A DNA stretch of 64,000 bases, taken from positions 21,638,001-21,702,000 of the forward strand of contig OY740810.1 of the NCBI GenBank assembly GCA_963514005.1, in the 5' to 3' direction. The notes under the pieces were generated by a model that worked only from the letters and a program-made list of their open reading frames with translations, made no database searches and was not told the DNA's origin. Positions 1-11,410 of the stretch are shown one piece after another. Within the stretch, counting starts at the first letter, position 1, and every line of letters starts with the position of its first letter. The position numbers were made by a program, and so were the translations under genes. The DNA is from Raja brachyura (Eukaryota).

Positions 1-217
1 ACCCTCTATTATACAGATCAACTGGTAATTAAGTTCTTATTTTTTCTTTATTATATTTATTTAAATCATTGTGTTTTTTTCTGTGAATCTACACCGCTGC
101 TTTGAAGAATGTCGCGCATGCGTGCTGGACAGGGTCTTCACGTAATCCCTCATCGTAACTCCTCATAAAATACAGATCAAACTTCGAACTGGTAAGTTCT
201 CATTTAATCTTACTATT
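1..217 (+). mobile_element. 3' terminus of a DIRS-type retrotransposon (copy 0; the body lies upstream of the window)
   Basis: CTTCACGTAATCCCTCATCGTAACTCCTCATAAAA...AAACTTCGAACTGGTAAGTTCTCATTTAATCTTACTATT is nearly identical to the 3' terminus of the element ending at 10485. It is preceded by its own ITR variant GTCGCGCATGCGTGCTGGACAGGG. Confidence 0.9.
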
Positions 218-416
218 GACATGCATCTACGATTCTATGCTACTTTAACTCAACTGAGATTTCATTGCCATCCATTTTTTTAATACCAGAAAACTTGTTT
301 CATTAGGTTGCAGTTAAATTCCAAGAGACAGATGTTTGGTTGCGTTGTGATTTGTTTCCATTGCCTGGTGTAACAGGTCATATGATGTGCAATAAAAATG
401 GTATTAATCATTTTTG

Positions 417-718
417 GGGTGCACGGTGGCGCAGCAGTAGAGTTGCTGCCTAACAGCGCCAGAGACCCGGGTTTGATCCCGACTATGGGTGTGTGTCCAC
501 ACGTACTTTGTGCGGTCTCGTGACCTGCATGGGTTTTCTCCAGCATCTCCATTTTCCGGCCCCCACTCCAAAGACGTACAGGTTTGTAGGTTAATTAGCT
601 TGGTATAATTGTAAATTGTCCCTAGCTTATGTAGTGTAGCGTTAATGTTTGGGGGTCACTGGTCGGTGCAGACTCATTGGGGTGAATGGTCTGTTTCCAT
701 GCTGTATCTCTAAACTAA
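417..718 (+). mobile_element. HE1-like tRNA-derived V-SINE
   Basis: A-box GGTGGCGCAGCAGTAG, B-box GGTTTGATCCC, central CACTCCAAAGACGTACAGGTT, and 3' tail CTGTATCTCTAAACTAA. Repeated many times in the window. Confidence 0.85.
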
Positions 719-760
719 CAATTGAAAGATTTTTAAAATTAGGTTGCAGTTAAACAGTAA

Positions 761-1434
761 AAGGGCTGTCCCATTGTGGAGACCTAATTGGCGAGTTCTG
801 GCACATTTGCCCTCGACATACTCACAGCATGGGCGACATGAGGTCCTAGGAGGTCTTTGTAACTCTCCTTCCTGTTCGAGAGTAGTCCCCGCATACTCAA
901 GGCCTCAGCTAGGTCGTGGCATATTTTTCAACATGCTGAAAAATGCCCACGAGTAAAAAAAGGTCGCCATGGAAAAAATCAATATTTTTTTACTCATAGG
1001 TTAAGTCAAGGTAGATCATAGTAGGTTAGCATGTTATTCATAGGTAATCGAAGGCAACCAAAGGTAATCAAGGGTAGTCGAAGGTAAAGCTCGTTGAGAA
1101 AAAAACGGTAAGTAAACCTACCGGTAATGTTAAATGCCCGCTAAACTTTATTAAAAGTTGTCTGCCTTCTTAAAAGTGTCGCCACTCCTTCTTGCCCCCT
1201 TCTCCCCCCCTTCTCTCCCCTTCACTCTCCTTCTCTCCCCTTCTCTCCCCCTCTCTCCCCTTCTCTCCCATCCCCCCTCTCTGCATCCTCTAAAGGACTT
1301 ACCATACCTGTGCCAGCCGTCTTTTACCTTCCTGTTCATCGCGGGTGTGAATTTCAGACAGCGCTCCCCCTGGCCCCCGCCTTTGCTGTGTGCGTGTGTG
1401 TGCGTGTGTGCATGTGTGTGCGTGCGTGTGCGTG

Positions 1435-1475
<41 letters not shown>

Positions 1476-1602
1476 AGACGGTCGATCCGGCTCGCGGTTT
1501 CATCGCTGACAGTCGATCCAGCTCGAGGTTTTTCAGGCGAGTTCCCTCAAGCTTGAAGGTCAAAGACAGTCGATGAAAAGTTGCGTTAGTGCGACAGGCC
1601 AT
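761..1602. mobile_element. Non-autonomous DNA transposon (MITE), PIF/Harbinger-like
   Basis: Imperfect 15-bp TIRs AAGGGCTGTCCCATT / AGTGCGACAGGCCAT, flanked by TAA at 758-760 and 1603-1605. No transposase; internal CT-rich and TG microsatellite tracts. Confidence 0.65.
1387..1473. repeat. (TG)n/(TGCG) microsatellite
   Basis: Direct reading. It explains the low-complexity ORFs at 1158-1647. Confidence 0.95.
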
Positions 1603-1616
1603 TAAGGGAGAGATGC

Positions 1617-1747
1617 GTAGGAAGGAACTGCAGATGCTGGTTTCCACTTGCCTGAAGAAGTTTGAAAATGGGTCTCAACCCGAAATGTCACCCATTCCTT
1701 CTATCCAAAGATGCTACCTGTCCCGCTGAGTTACTCCAGCATTTTCT
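1617..1747. mobile_element. Penelope-like terminal-repeat fragment (partly inverted)
   Basis: GAAGGAACTGCAGATGCTGG followed by GGGTCTCAACCCGAAATGTCACCCATTCC...GAGTTACTCCAGCATTTT; same family as 20120-20260. Confidence 0.7.
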
Positions 1748-2796
1748 GTAAGTGAGAGAAGTTTGGTTGAGTTGTTGGGTTTATTTCCACTGCCATCTCT
1801 AACGGGTCATATGATGTGCAATAAAATGTTATTAACCCATCATTCCTAATCATCCAGAACTGAAGGTATGGCCTGATTGCAAATAACTTGCACTGACCAA
1901 AGACATACATTATGCAGAACAGATAGCCTTTCTCCAATCGAATCAGTGATGACATTTAATGAAATGTCAACAAGTGCAGATTGAGTGGTTATTCCCAAGC
2001 AACACATCTGTTTCAAACCCACTTACAAATTGGAAAAAGTCAAATAAGGGCCTGGCTCAATAGAAAACAAAGCATTCATATAAAGATTACTGATCCAGCT
2101 TCAGTTGTGAGGAGGCTAGATAACATTAGATGAACCATGCACTTCAAAGGATGTGCTATTTTAATATGGGAGTCAATACGTTTTCCTGTTGGAGCAAGCA
2201 TTATTCAATGGGATATCCATAACCTTTCTATTGATAGCATGGGTGCATTTTCTCCTAAGCCTCTGAGTATCAGCAATCTAATTAAAATTGTTCCCGGTGA
2301 CAGTTGAAATACCTACAGACTGTAGATTGCATTGCTCAACATGTATTCAATTGACAGCTGCTTTGGCCTTGAGCCTCTGCTAGTTCTTGATTAGGTCCTC
2401 AAAATCAATATTGGTTCATAAACCTAGATAACAAAGCTAGCTGGTTTCTTTGTATGAATCAAAAGCAAAATACCGCAGAAGCCAGACGTCCGAAACAAAA
2501 TGTGAAAACTGGCCGGATCCTACTGGTAAAGCAATTGTCTGTGATCACGTTAGTATTTCTCTCCTCTGGTTTCTTTTCATATAGAACAAAGACCTAATTG
2601 CCCAACACTTCAGTGGCAGCAGCATTGCTCTAAACATTATATGTACATAAAACTCAGATGATACTTCATGGCTGTACTGCAGATGTGTGGATTGCTGTCA
2701 GAAACATATTTTAAAAGGGCCATTAAAGAACACCCATCTCCATGTATCAGTCAAATGGGTGGAAAAGATCCTGTTATGCTGCGGAAGTAAGATCAA

Positions 2797-3815
2797 GAGT
2801 AGCAATGTTACAAAATTTTGAGATTTAAAAAATCAAGTCTGCAATTTATCCCATCAGATAAAGCATAAAAATAAGTTTAATTTGACACCTAATTCACTTT
2901 CATATCTTCAGTATTAAAAAAGTTAGGGCCATTTTCATACTCGGAAATTAGCAACTTGCTTCCTATTGCTTTTCTATTGACTTGTCACAAAAATTGTGAT
3001 CGAGAACAGTCAAAAGCCCATAACTTCCTTAAAAATTAAGAGAACTTAAAGAAATTTTCAGTTATTATAGATTGAAGTATTCTGAAACAAATATGAAACA
3101 ATCTTACTTGGATGACCTGAAATTAAAGCATATAATTAGTTAGTTACCCAATTGTAGCCAATTACAAAATTCAATTATTAGATCTAAATATCTATCCATT
3201 TCTTAAGAAAAAAAATAAAATAAAATTTAAAGCCTAAGTGTCCAATTAACAGTCACACAATAATTCACAATAAAACATGATTTTTAAATCTAATTGTCAT
3301 TAATTTATAGGCCAAATTGAGGGAATTCAGTGTTTAATGCCTGTAAATTAATAGGCATTTTAAACAGCTTGCGAGTGGGATTTTCTGGAACGCGATGGAT
3401 TAGAACGTTGCGGTTGCGGTGAATTTAAACCCAATATCGGCAGGAAATTTTCTGCCAGTTCATATGCGGGCTAAATCACCGTTTCGCAACATGAAATATT
3501 GATTAAAGTCCCCTAAAGAACAAGTTTATATGTAAAAATAAACAGCTTTCACTTACCTGTCCCCTACGTAAAATCGGTCCCCGTTGTCGGCGTTGACAGC
3601 ATTAGGAGCTAATTTTTATTTGACTGCAGTGATTAAGTAGTCGGGCTATTTATTAAAAAAAACTGATTTACCGGCAGTCGGAACGAATCTCCAAAAATAG
3701 CTCGCACTCCGACAACAGAAAGCTCCGGATTGCATGGAGAAACCCGCATTTTAACCCGCCCCCCCTTAAAGGTGCCAAAGTTGCGCACACGGCCAGCGGC
3801 AGAACTGGAGGACTG
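2797..3815. repeat. Unclassified interspersed repeat, possibly a non-autonomous DNA transposon fragment
   Basis: Compositionally distinct 1-kb block with an AT-rich first half and a CpG-retaining second half, unlike the CpG-depleted flanks. No ORF and no clear TIR pair. Confidence 0.35.
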
Positions 3816-3820
3816 CAGTT

Positions 3821-3988
3821 AACAATGGCCTCTGTCCTTTATCACTATTACTGTTTTGCATGTCGTTCATTCATTGGTTCTATATCACCATCTATATCTC
3901 TCATTTCCCTTTCCCCTGACTGAAGAAAAACCTCGATCTGAAACATCACCTTTTCTGAGTTGCTGAGTTACTCTAGCTTTTTGTGTCT
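3821..3988 (+). mobile_element. Penelope-like 3' fragment with a decayed hammerhead motif
   Basis: CCCTGACTGAAGAAAAACCTCGATCTGAAACATCACC...GAGTTACTCTAGCTTTTTGTGTC. Confidence 0.6.
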
Positions 3989-4364
3989 GGCCATTTAATG
4001 CATTGCTGCTATTTTTGTAGTCTGCCCTGTGTCAAGGAGGTGCTGGGTCTGCCAATCTTACAGCGACTGGATAAAATAATTCCACTTTGGGGCATCCTAT
4101 CATGAAAAATCTTTTTTATTGTATTGTTTCTGATAAGACCTACGCTGTACATGACAAACTCCAGCTGAGAAATGCATTCTCATTTTAGCTTTTAAATGGG
4201 TTACAAAAATGATTGAAAGGTAAAAAGCAATGCGGGAAAAAAATAGTTCTAGTGTTCACTGCAGAGTAGTGGGTAATTTTTATACTGGCGTATATTTACT
4301 CTGAATTTAAATCTCATCGGTTTTAAATTTTACACATAACCAGTGATTATGTTGATATCATCAA

Positions 4365-4683
4365 GGGTGGCAAGGTGGCCCAGCGGTAGAGTTGCTGCCT
4401 TACAGCACTTTCAGCGGCAGAGACCCGGGTTCGATCCCGACTATTAGTGCTTGCCTGTACGGAGTTTGTAAGTTCTCCCCGTGACTGTGTGGATTTTCTA
4501 ACCTAGATCTTCGGTTTCCTCCTACGTTCCAAAGACATACAGGTTTATAGGTTAATGGCTTGGTTTAAATGTAAATTGTCCTTAGTGTGTAGGATAGTGT
4601 TAATATCGCTGGTCTGCGCGGTTAGCACGGTCTCAGTGGGCCGAAGGGCCTGATTCCATGCTGTATCTCTAAACTAAACTAAA
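4365..4683 (+). mobile_element. HE1-like V-SINE (followed by an older degenerate copy to ~4960)
   Basis: GGTGGCCCAGCGGTAG A-box, GGTTCGATCCC B-box, (CTAAA)n tail. Confidence 0.85.
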
Positions 4684-5856
4684 TGAAGATAGTATTGCTG
4701 CCTCGCAACTCCAGCAATCCAAGTTCAATCCTGACTTCCGGCACTGGGTGTATGGAGTTTACGTATTTTCCCAATGTTTCCCCTGGGTGACTTTTCTTTT
4801 TACCACATCCCTACGATGTGCTGGTAGGTTAACTGGCTAATGTAAATTACCCCTCGTGCAGGTAAGTGGGAAAAGAATACAAAAGGTGCATATGCAATTT
4901 GCAGGGATACCACACAATAATAAGGGGAATGAGATTGATGGGAGCATCATTGCAATAACATTCTGATAATCCACCAGTGTTGCAATGATAACAGATTTAC
5001 TGGACTGTTATAAGTTATTCTTATTGATATCCCAACACGTTTATGTTATATATTTTAATGTCAATATAATGTTAATATAATCAATATTCCAGTTAGTTTC
5101 ATGGGAGGATGGGAAACCTCATCTGGTGCTAAACCATTGGGAATTATGGATAGTTGGATAACGTAGTTTTACTGTGGAGAGAGTTCTACCTTCATGAATG
5201 TTTCCACAATATAAATTGGAGGTAACACGATCGATGAATTTGGAAACAAATTTGTATTTTATGGGTTTAATTGGTTATAACATGATTTTAATCAAGAACT
5301 AGTGAACGACTTAAAAGTTACTTTGGGCTGTTTTGAAAAAATAAATTCCATGTAGCCTCCCTGCAGTAATCAGATGCCATTTTCTCTTCAGATGATAGGT
5401 GCCACTTTCACCTTGGGAGGCCATACAATTGACAAGCAATTATGCAATGCCATTTATGTTTAATGTGCAAAATTAAACAATGTGCAATATTGAACAACGT
5501 TACATATATATCTTCAGTCTTTTTAACTTGCGGTAAATTAAAATAAATTTATAGCTATTAAAAAGACGTTTATGTTTGAAAATTCTATGGGGGAGAAATA
5601 ACTTTGTTATTGCGAATCTGAAACGCTCTAACTCCCTATTTTACTTTGGAGTCACGTGAGTGACTACGTGAAGAAGCCCCGCCAGGCGCCTGCTCAGCAT
5701 TACGTCGACGCATGTCGGTAAGGAAGGGCTGCAGATCGCAGCTCCACCAGCGGTGAGTAACAGGCCCGCAGGTAAGTGGGTTGAAATTACTTCCCGGGTA
5801 GGAACTCCGTGACGCTGGCTGGAATAGCCAGGAGGAGTTTGTGAAGTTTTTAAAAA

Positions 5857-7100
5857 ATGGACACGGTGAAAAAATCGGCGCGGGGAAAGTGCGCGTCCCG
5901 GGTGGAAACACAGTTAAGATCGGGACCACAGATTAGTACAGAGCCGGTTCCGATACCGGTAGCCGTTGACCCTGCCGTAGTTCAGCCTTTAGATGCTCCA
6001 CAGCCACAGGCCACGGAGGGAACTCCAGTGGAGAGGAAAAATAAAAGGAAGTCTGCTAGGCCTGTAATATCAGATGAATCTGATGAAGAAGAGGCAGGGC
6101 CAGGCAAACGAGCCTGTGGCTCAGGATGGACCAAATGGAGAAAATGCTTCAAACAATTATTAACCAAGGGTCAAATGACCCAGAGTATTCCCAGGCAGCC
6201 CCTGAGGGGGTTCCATATCATGAATATGGTGCCTTTACAACGTGGGAATGTGAACCTCCAGAGCCTGGTTTAGGTCTGGAAGAAGTCTCCTTTGAGCAAG
6301 TCTCAGGAGTACCAGGGCAGCAAGAGACTGACCCCAAAGGTGGTGTTTTTGGTCTTGAATACCCACCACAGCACAAAAGTCAAACTACAGGTGTACCAGA
6401 TGTAGCACAATCCTTTGCTATACCAGAGGGAAGCGGTGAGGTCATAGAAGAAAACCTGGCGGCCAACATTAATTATTTGGTTTCTCACCAGCTTCAGGTG
6501 ACTGTCATGATTGAGACAGCAGATCTCTATAAAACACCTGTTAATTGTGCATCACTGTGGGTGCCGACGGTGAATCCAGCTATTTGGACACCCATGACTT
6601 TAACAATGCGAGGACAGGTGGGTCCTCAAGCTCATTGTAGCTGGCATTACTGCTTTTGTGAGGCAGTTGGAAGGGCATGCTATGTTCAAAATCCAAAAAG
6701 ACATGTTGGCATTGTTTTGTAACTCTTAATTTGAGATTAATTGTATGAGATAAATCACCATTTGGCCCATCCTGCACCCAAGATTTGCTGGTTTGTGTAA
6801 ATCAAGCAATGTTCAAGCTCCAGATTATTTATTCGGAGAAAACCTGCCTAAACATATTAAAGATATCGATGAGGAGGCAAAGATTATCAGCCTCATAAAA
6901 CTTTTAATTTTTGGTCAAAGGAGACAATCTGGCTGGATGAGAAGGGGGTTTGATTCAGGAGCAGGAACAAGCAGAGGCAGGGGTATGGTGAGAAGGTATT
7001 ATTACCCATCACAGCCCAATGTCCATCCATATATTGGGAGAAGGAGACTGTCACGGTCATTTGCGGAGGTACAAAAACTTTATTCTATCACAGAGGAAAC
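5857..7100 (+). pseudogene. DIRS ORF1 (gag-like), frameshifted
   Basis: Fragments FAIP..GEVIEENLAANINYLVSHQLQ...Y.TPVNCASL.VP.VN and PRFAGLCK...LFGENLPKHIKDIDEEAK align with the ORF1 pieces of copies 2 and 3. Confidence 0.8.
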
Positions 7101-7114
7101 TGTTGTAGAACCTC

Positions 7115-8974
7115 CGGTTGGTGGTAGATAGCAATTGTTTTATGATGAATGGTTTTGTATAACATCTGATCGGTTTATATTAGATACTGTGTCAGGTGCT
7201 ATTATAGAATTTATGGAAGGAGTTGATTCACCTGTACAGGATAAACCTAATCGGGTTTTGGTGTTTTCTGCACCTGAAAATTCTCAGGTAAAAGAAGAAG
7301 TAAAAAAAGTATTTAAAAAAGGGGTAATTGAAAGTACGGAGAATCATCACAACAATTTGTGTCAAATATTTTCCCCAGGACAAAGAAAGATGGGGGTTGT
7401 AGAGTCATTCTGGACCTCACAAAATTGAATTCATATGTCCAGTATAGACATTTCAAAATGGACACCTTCAACACTGCAAAGGAGTTGTTGTCCATAGGGT
7501 GTTACACGGCTACTATAGACTTAAAAGATGCATATTATTCAGTGCCAATTCATCACCATTATGGTAGGTACTTGAAGTTTAATTGGATGGGTCAGCTGTG
7601 GCAATGTAAATCATTACCTAATGGATTAAGTTCAGCTCCCAGGCTGCTCACAAAATTATTGAAACCAGCACTTTCATTGTTAAGGGCTCAAAATCACATT
7701 GTCATGGCTTATCTTGATGATATTTTAATTGTTAATGCCACTCAGGAATCAGCTGAAGATTCAGTTTCAGCAACTATAATCCTGTTGGAAAGGCTAGGGT
7801 TTCTGATCCATCCAACGAAATCTAAGCTACAGCCGTTGCAAGCAATTGAGTATTTGGGGTTTGTCATTAATTCAGTTGCTATGTCAGTAACTTTACCAAC
7901 AGATAAAGTTGTGGATATTACAAATGCGTGTAGTTGCCTTGCTGACAAACCTTATCCCTCCATCCGAGAAGTAGCTAGGGTTATTGGTAAGATGGTAGCA
8001 GCATTTCCCGCTGTTGAGTTTGGTCCTTTGCATTATCAAAATCTTCAAAGGGCAAAAGCACAAGCACTAAAAGAACGTGCAGGTCATTTTGACAGACCCA
8101 TGCAGTTGCCAACGGAAACGTTGGCTGAATTACAGTGGTGGATTGGGAATAATGCTCAAGCTACTAAAAATATTGTTATTCAGCAACCTACAGTGGTATT
8201 GCAAACTGATGTTAGTGCTCTCGGATGGGGGGGCTACGGATAATAACACCAGCTGTGGTGGTAGATGGACTGTCCAAGAGGATTTAATTCTCCAAACATA
8301 TGGTATTAACTATTTGGAGTTATTGGGGGCATTTTTTTGATTAAAAGCTTATTGTTCTACAATGGAGAACTTGCATGTTCAATTACAAGTAGACAATACC
8401 ACAGCTGTAGCATATATCAATCACATGGGTGGAGTAAGATCAGTATCATGTGATCATCTGGTCAACCTGATGTGGAATTGCTGTGTATCTAGGAATATCT
8501 GGCTTTCAGCTATCTATCTCCCAGGGAAAGACAATGTTGTGGCAGACAACAGATCACCGGAGTTTAAAGACAATACAGAATGGATGTTTAAAAATTGTTA
8601 ATCGGTATGGTGCACCAGACATTGATCTATTTGCGTCCACATTAAATCACCAATTGCCTAAATACGTGTCATGGGAGCCTGACCCAGGAGCTGTAGCGTT
8701 GGATGCATTCTCGCTACATTGGGGAAACATGTTCTATGCTTTTCCCACATTTTGCCTGATTAGACAATGTCTCAGTAAAATAGAGCAAGACTCTGCCACA
8801 GGTGTTTTGGTGGTTCCAAACTGGCCTACACAGCCATGGTTCCCATTGATGCTTAGAATGATAATTGAACCATTTATGACGATTCCCAGCTCCAGGGATT
8901 TGTTGGTACAACCAGTGACAGAACAAGTTCATCCAGTGCATGATCATATGAATTTGTTAATCTGCAGGTTCTGA
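7115..8974 (+). pseudogene. DIRS ORF2: reverse transcriptase, RNase H, DNA N6-adenine methyltransferase-like domain (frameshifts/stops)
   Basis: RT motifs KKDGGCRVILDL, IDLKDAYYSV, LPNGLSSAPR, YLDD. RNase H motifs LQTD.S..GWG, INYLELLGA, DNTTAVAYIN, N.VAD..S. MT-like motifs PDIDLFAS, DAFSLHW, YAFPTF, VVPNWPTQPW. Confidence 0.93.
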
Positions 8975-9935
8975 CCAGACCATTACGAGGGCTTGGACTG
9001 TCGGATAGGACCATGGATGTCATAATGTCAGCTTGGAGAGATAGCACTAAGAAACAATATATGTCTCACATAAAGAAATGGGAAGCTTTTTGTATTCAGT
9101 CAGATATATCTTATCATACTGCAAACATATCGGATGTATTGGAATTCCTTGCTATTTTGCATTTTGATCAGCACCTTAATTATAGTGCCATTAATAGTGC
9201 TGCTAGTGCTTTGTCTTCCTATTTATGACAATTTCAGAACATCTATCTATCGGGTCTCATCCATTAATATCCCGATTTATGAGGGATTTTTAATAAAAAT
9301 CCTCCCAAACCCAGATATACAGAAATTTGGGATGTTAGTATAGTTCTCACATTGCTCCGGCAATGGGCTCCAATTACGTCACTGTCTTTTCAGAAATTAA
9401 CATTTAAAGTAGTAATGCTTATGGCATTAGTGTCAGCACAAAGAGTACAAACATTGCAAATGTTATGTTTAGATTGTATGCACTTGTCTGCAGATAACAT
9501 TACTTTTTATGTTTATGATCTAATCAAACAAAGCAGACCGGGGAAGTCTGGAACCAAGGTAATGTTTAGAGCATATCCTGTCGACCAAACATTGTGTGTG
9601 GTTACTGACTCAATATATTGAAGTAACCAAGAGTCTCCCAGGTTGTGAGACAACAATGCTTATTGCCCATAAGAAACCATACAAAAAAGTGTCAGTACAA
9701 ACTATTTCTAGATGGTTAAAACAGGTTTTGGTTTTAGCTGGAGTAGACACTGATGTGTTTAAATCTCACTCCACCAGGGCAGCGTCGACGTCCGCGGCAA
9801 ATGGCACAGGACGTGCCGCTCGACCAAATTTTCGAGGCTGCAGGATGGTGTAAAGAAGAAACTTTTTCCACGTTTTACAATAAACCTGTTATCACGGTGC
9901 CAGAGTTTGGACATGTAGTGTTGGGTTCTGTTTGA
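8968..9935 (+). pseudogene. DIRS ORF3 tyrosine recombinase, frameshifted
   Basis: AWRDSTKKQY N-terminal domain and catalytic residues SAQRV (R), LIKQSR (K), HSTR, AAGW, FSTFY (Y). Confidence 0.92.
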
Positions 9936-10146
9936 TTATTTGCTTTCTTTTATGTAACGATTCATATATTTTGTTGTAATTTCCCTTATGATAGAAGGGT
10001 ATTACTTTTCTTTCTTTTATTATTATTATTAAAATATTGCATTATTCAAGCAATGTTTAATAATATTATTTACTCACTACAGTGTCAACTGAAGCAGTGT
10101 GTCGTATGGAATGAATTTACGGCATGAAAATCACAGAGCTTCAAAA

Positions 10147-10259
10147 TCTTCACGTAGTCACTCACGTGACTCTGAAGTAAAATAGTAAGATTAAACGAGA
10201 ACTTACCTGTTCTAAGTTTGATCTTGATTTTATGAGGAGTTACAATGAGGGATTACGTG
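10147..10259 (+). repeat. Internal complementary region (ICR) of DIRS copy 1
   Basis: 10147-10184 is the reverse complement of the 5' terminus (5637-5674). 10181-10259 is the reverse complement of the 3' terminus (10407-10485). The two halves overlap at AATA. Confidence 0.93.
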
Positions 10260-11124
10260 CCCTCTGCTCCCGACCCTCATAATCTAAAAGATCATGTGGT
10301 AGTTCTAGTCTTGTGTGAGCCTTACTATCTTACTTCGGCTATTGGTTCTGTGTTTTTCACGCCGCTGCTATGAAGTATGCCGAGCATGCGCCTGTCGGGG
10401 CTTCTTCACGTAATCCCTCATCGTAACTCCTTATAAAATAAAGATCAAACTTCGAACAGGTAAGTTCTCGTTTAATCTTACTATTCTCCACTGGTACAAA
10501 TGTCTCTAATAACACAATGTTATACAGCGTGAGGTTTTCTTACTAATACATATACCACATTATGGTAGAACAACCTGTTCACGTTTTCAGCGATCAGTCT
10601 TAGTATATCCACACAAGGCCAATTTCATGAGTGACTCGCAACTTTTCCTGTAAACCTCAGCGGGCATGTGCTTTGATTGCAACAGGTAATTGTCAAAGTC
10701 AACACAACTAGTGTGTGGAGATGGCACAGCATGGAAGAGAGCCGGCTCACTGATATCCCAGTGCAGTGTTGCTGACCACTGGAAGTGGAAAAAAGGTGCT
10801 CCGTTAGAAGGTCAGGAAGCCCTTGCATGATCACTGAAGGTGTAAAGTGATGATGAACGCAAGGCCCTGGATACAATGAATGCCACGTCCCATCCACAAC
10901 ACCATCCCTCATAGCATGCACACACACATCAGCAATTCAACCATTCATTCTAACTGCAGGGTGCATCTAAAGTCAGGGAAGAGGTAAGTTGTGGAGATAA
11001 TGAGTTATATTTGGAAAGGTTGTGTTTGCCTCAAATAAAATAAGATTTATCAAATAAAAGAGCCATAAATAAGGAAAAGACAATCTAGAGCAGTGTAATA
11101 TTTTACATCAGCAAGAGACAGTAA

Positions 11125-11410
11125 GATTCAAGAATAACTTCCTCCCTGTTGTTATCAGACTTTTGAACGATCTTCTCATACGTATCAAATGAATTTCTAA
11201 TCTTCACGTCGACATCATTGTGCCCCTTCACATTTTTATCTGCACTTTCTCCGTAGCTGTGACACTACTTCCCACAATCCATTTCCTTTCTATTTTTTAA
11301 CTACCTGTTGTGCTCATGTATATGATTGCACTCATTTATAGCCTGATCTGCCTGGATAGCACGTCAAACAAAGCTTATCACCATAGCTCAGTAGATGTTA
11401 CAATAATAAC
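11125..11410 (+). mobile_element. Rex1/Babar-like LINE 3' end, old
   Basis: AAGAATAACTTCCTCCCTGTTGTTATCAGAC...GGATAGCACGTCAAACAAAGCTT...ACAATAATAA resembles 51820-52200. Confidence 0.55.

Larger units (their letters stand above)
5638..10485 (+). mobile_element. DIRS-type tyrosine-recombinase retrotransposon, copy 1 (full length, decayed)
   Basis: ITRs at 5665-5700 and 10377-10412 (33/36 match). ICR at 10147-10259 is complementary to both outer termini. Gene order gag, RT/RH/MT, YR. CTATT at both junctions. Confidence 0.95.

Noticed and set aside
1151-1647. ORFs with CVCV, HTHT and Pro/Ser/Leu repeats
   Set aside because: Translations of microsatellite and CT-rich tracts inside a MITE.
4365-4445. 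tRNA gene
   Set aside because: The A/B boxes belong to a SINE head that runs into V-domain and LINE-tail sequence; no complete cloverleaf.
7115-9935. RT + methyltransferase + integrase as a prokaryotic retron, DGR or phage module
   Set aside because: The ITR/ICR architecture and domain order are those of the known DIRS retrotransposon group.
10457-10465. Donor-like GGTAAGT in every DIRS 3' terminus
   Set aside because: Its conservation is already explained by ICR complementarity and terminal constraints; no independent evidence of splicing.
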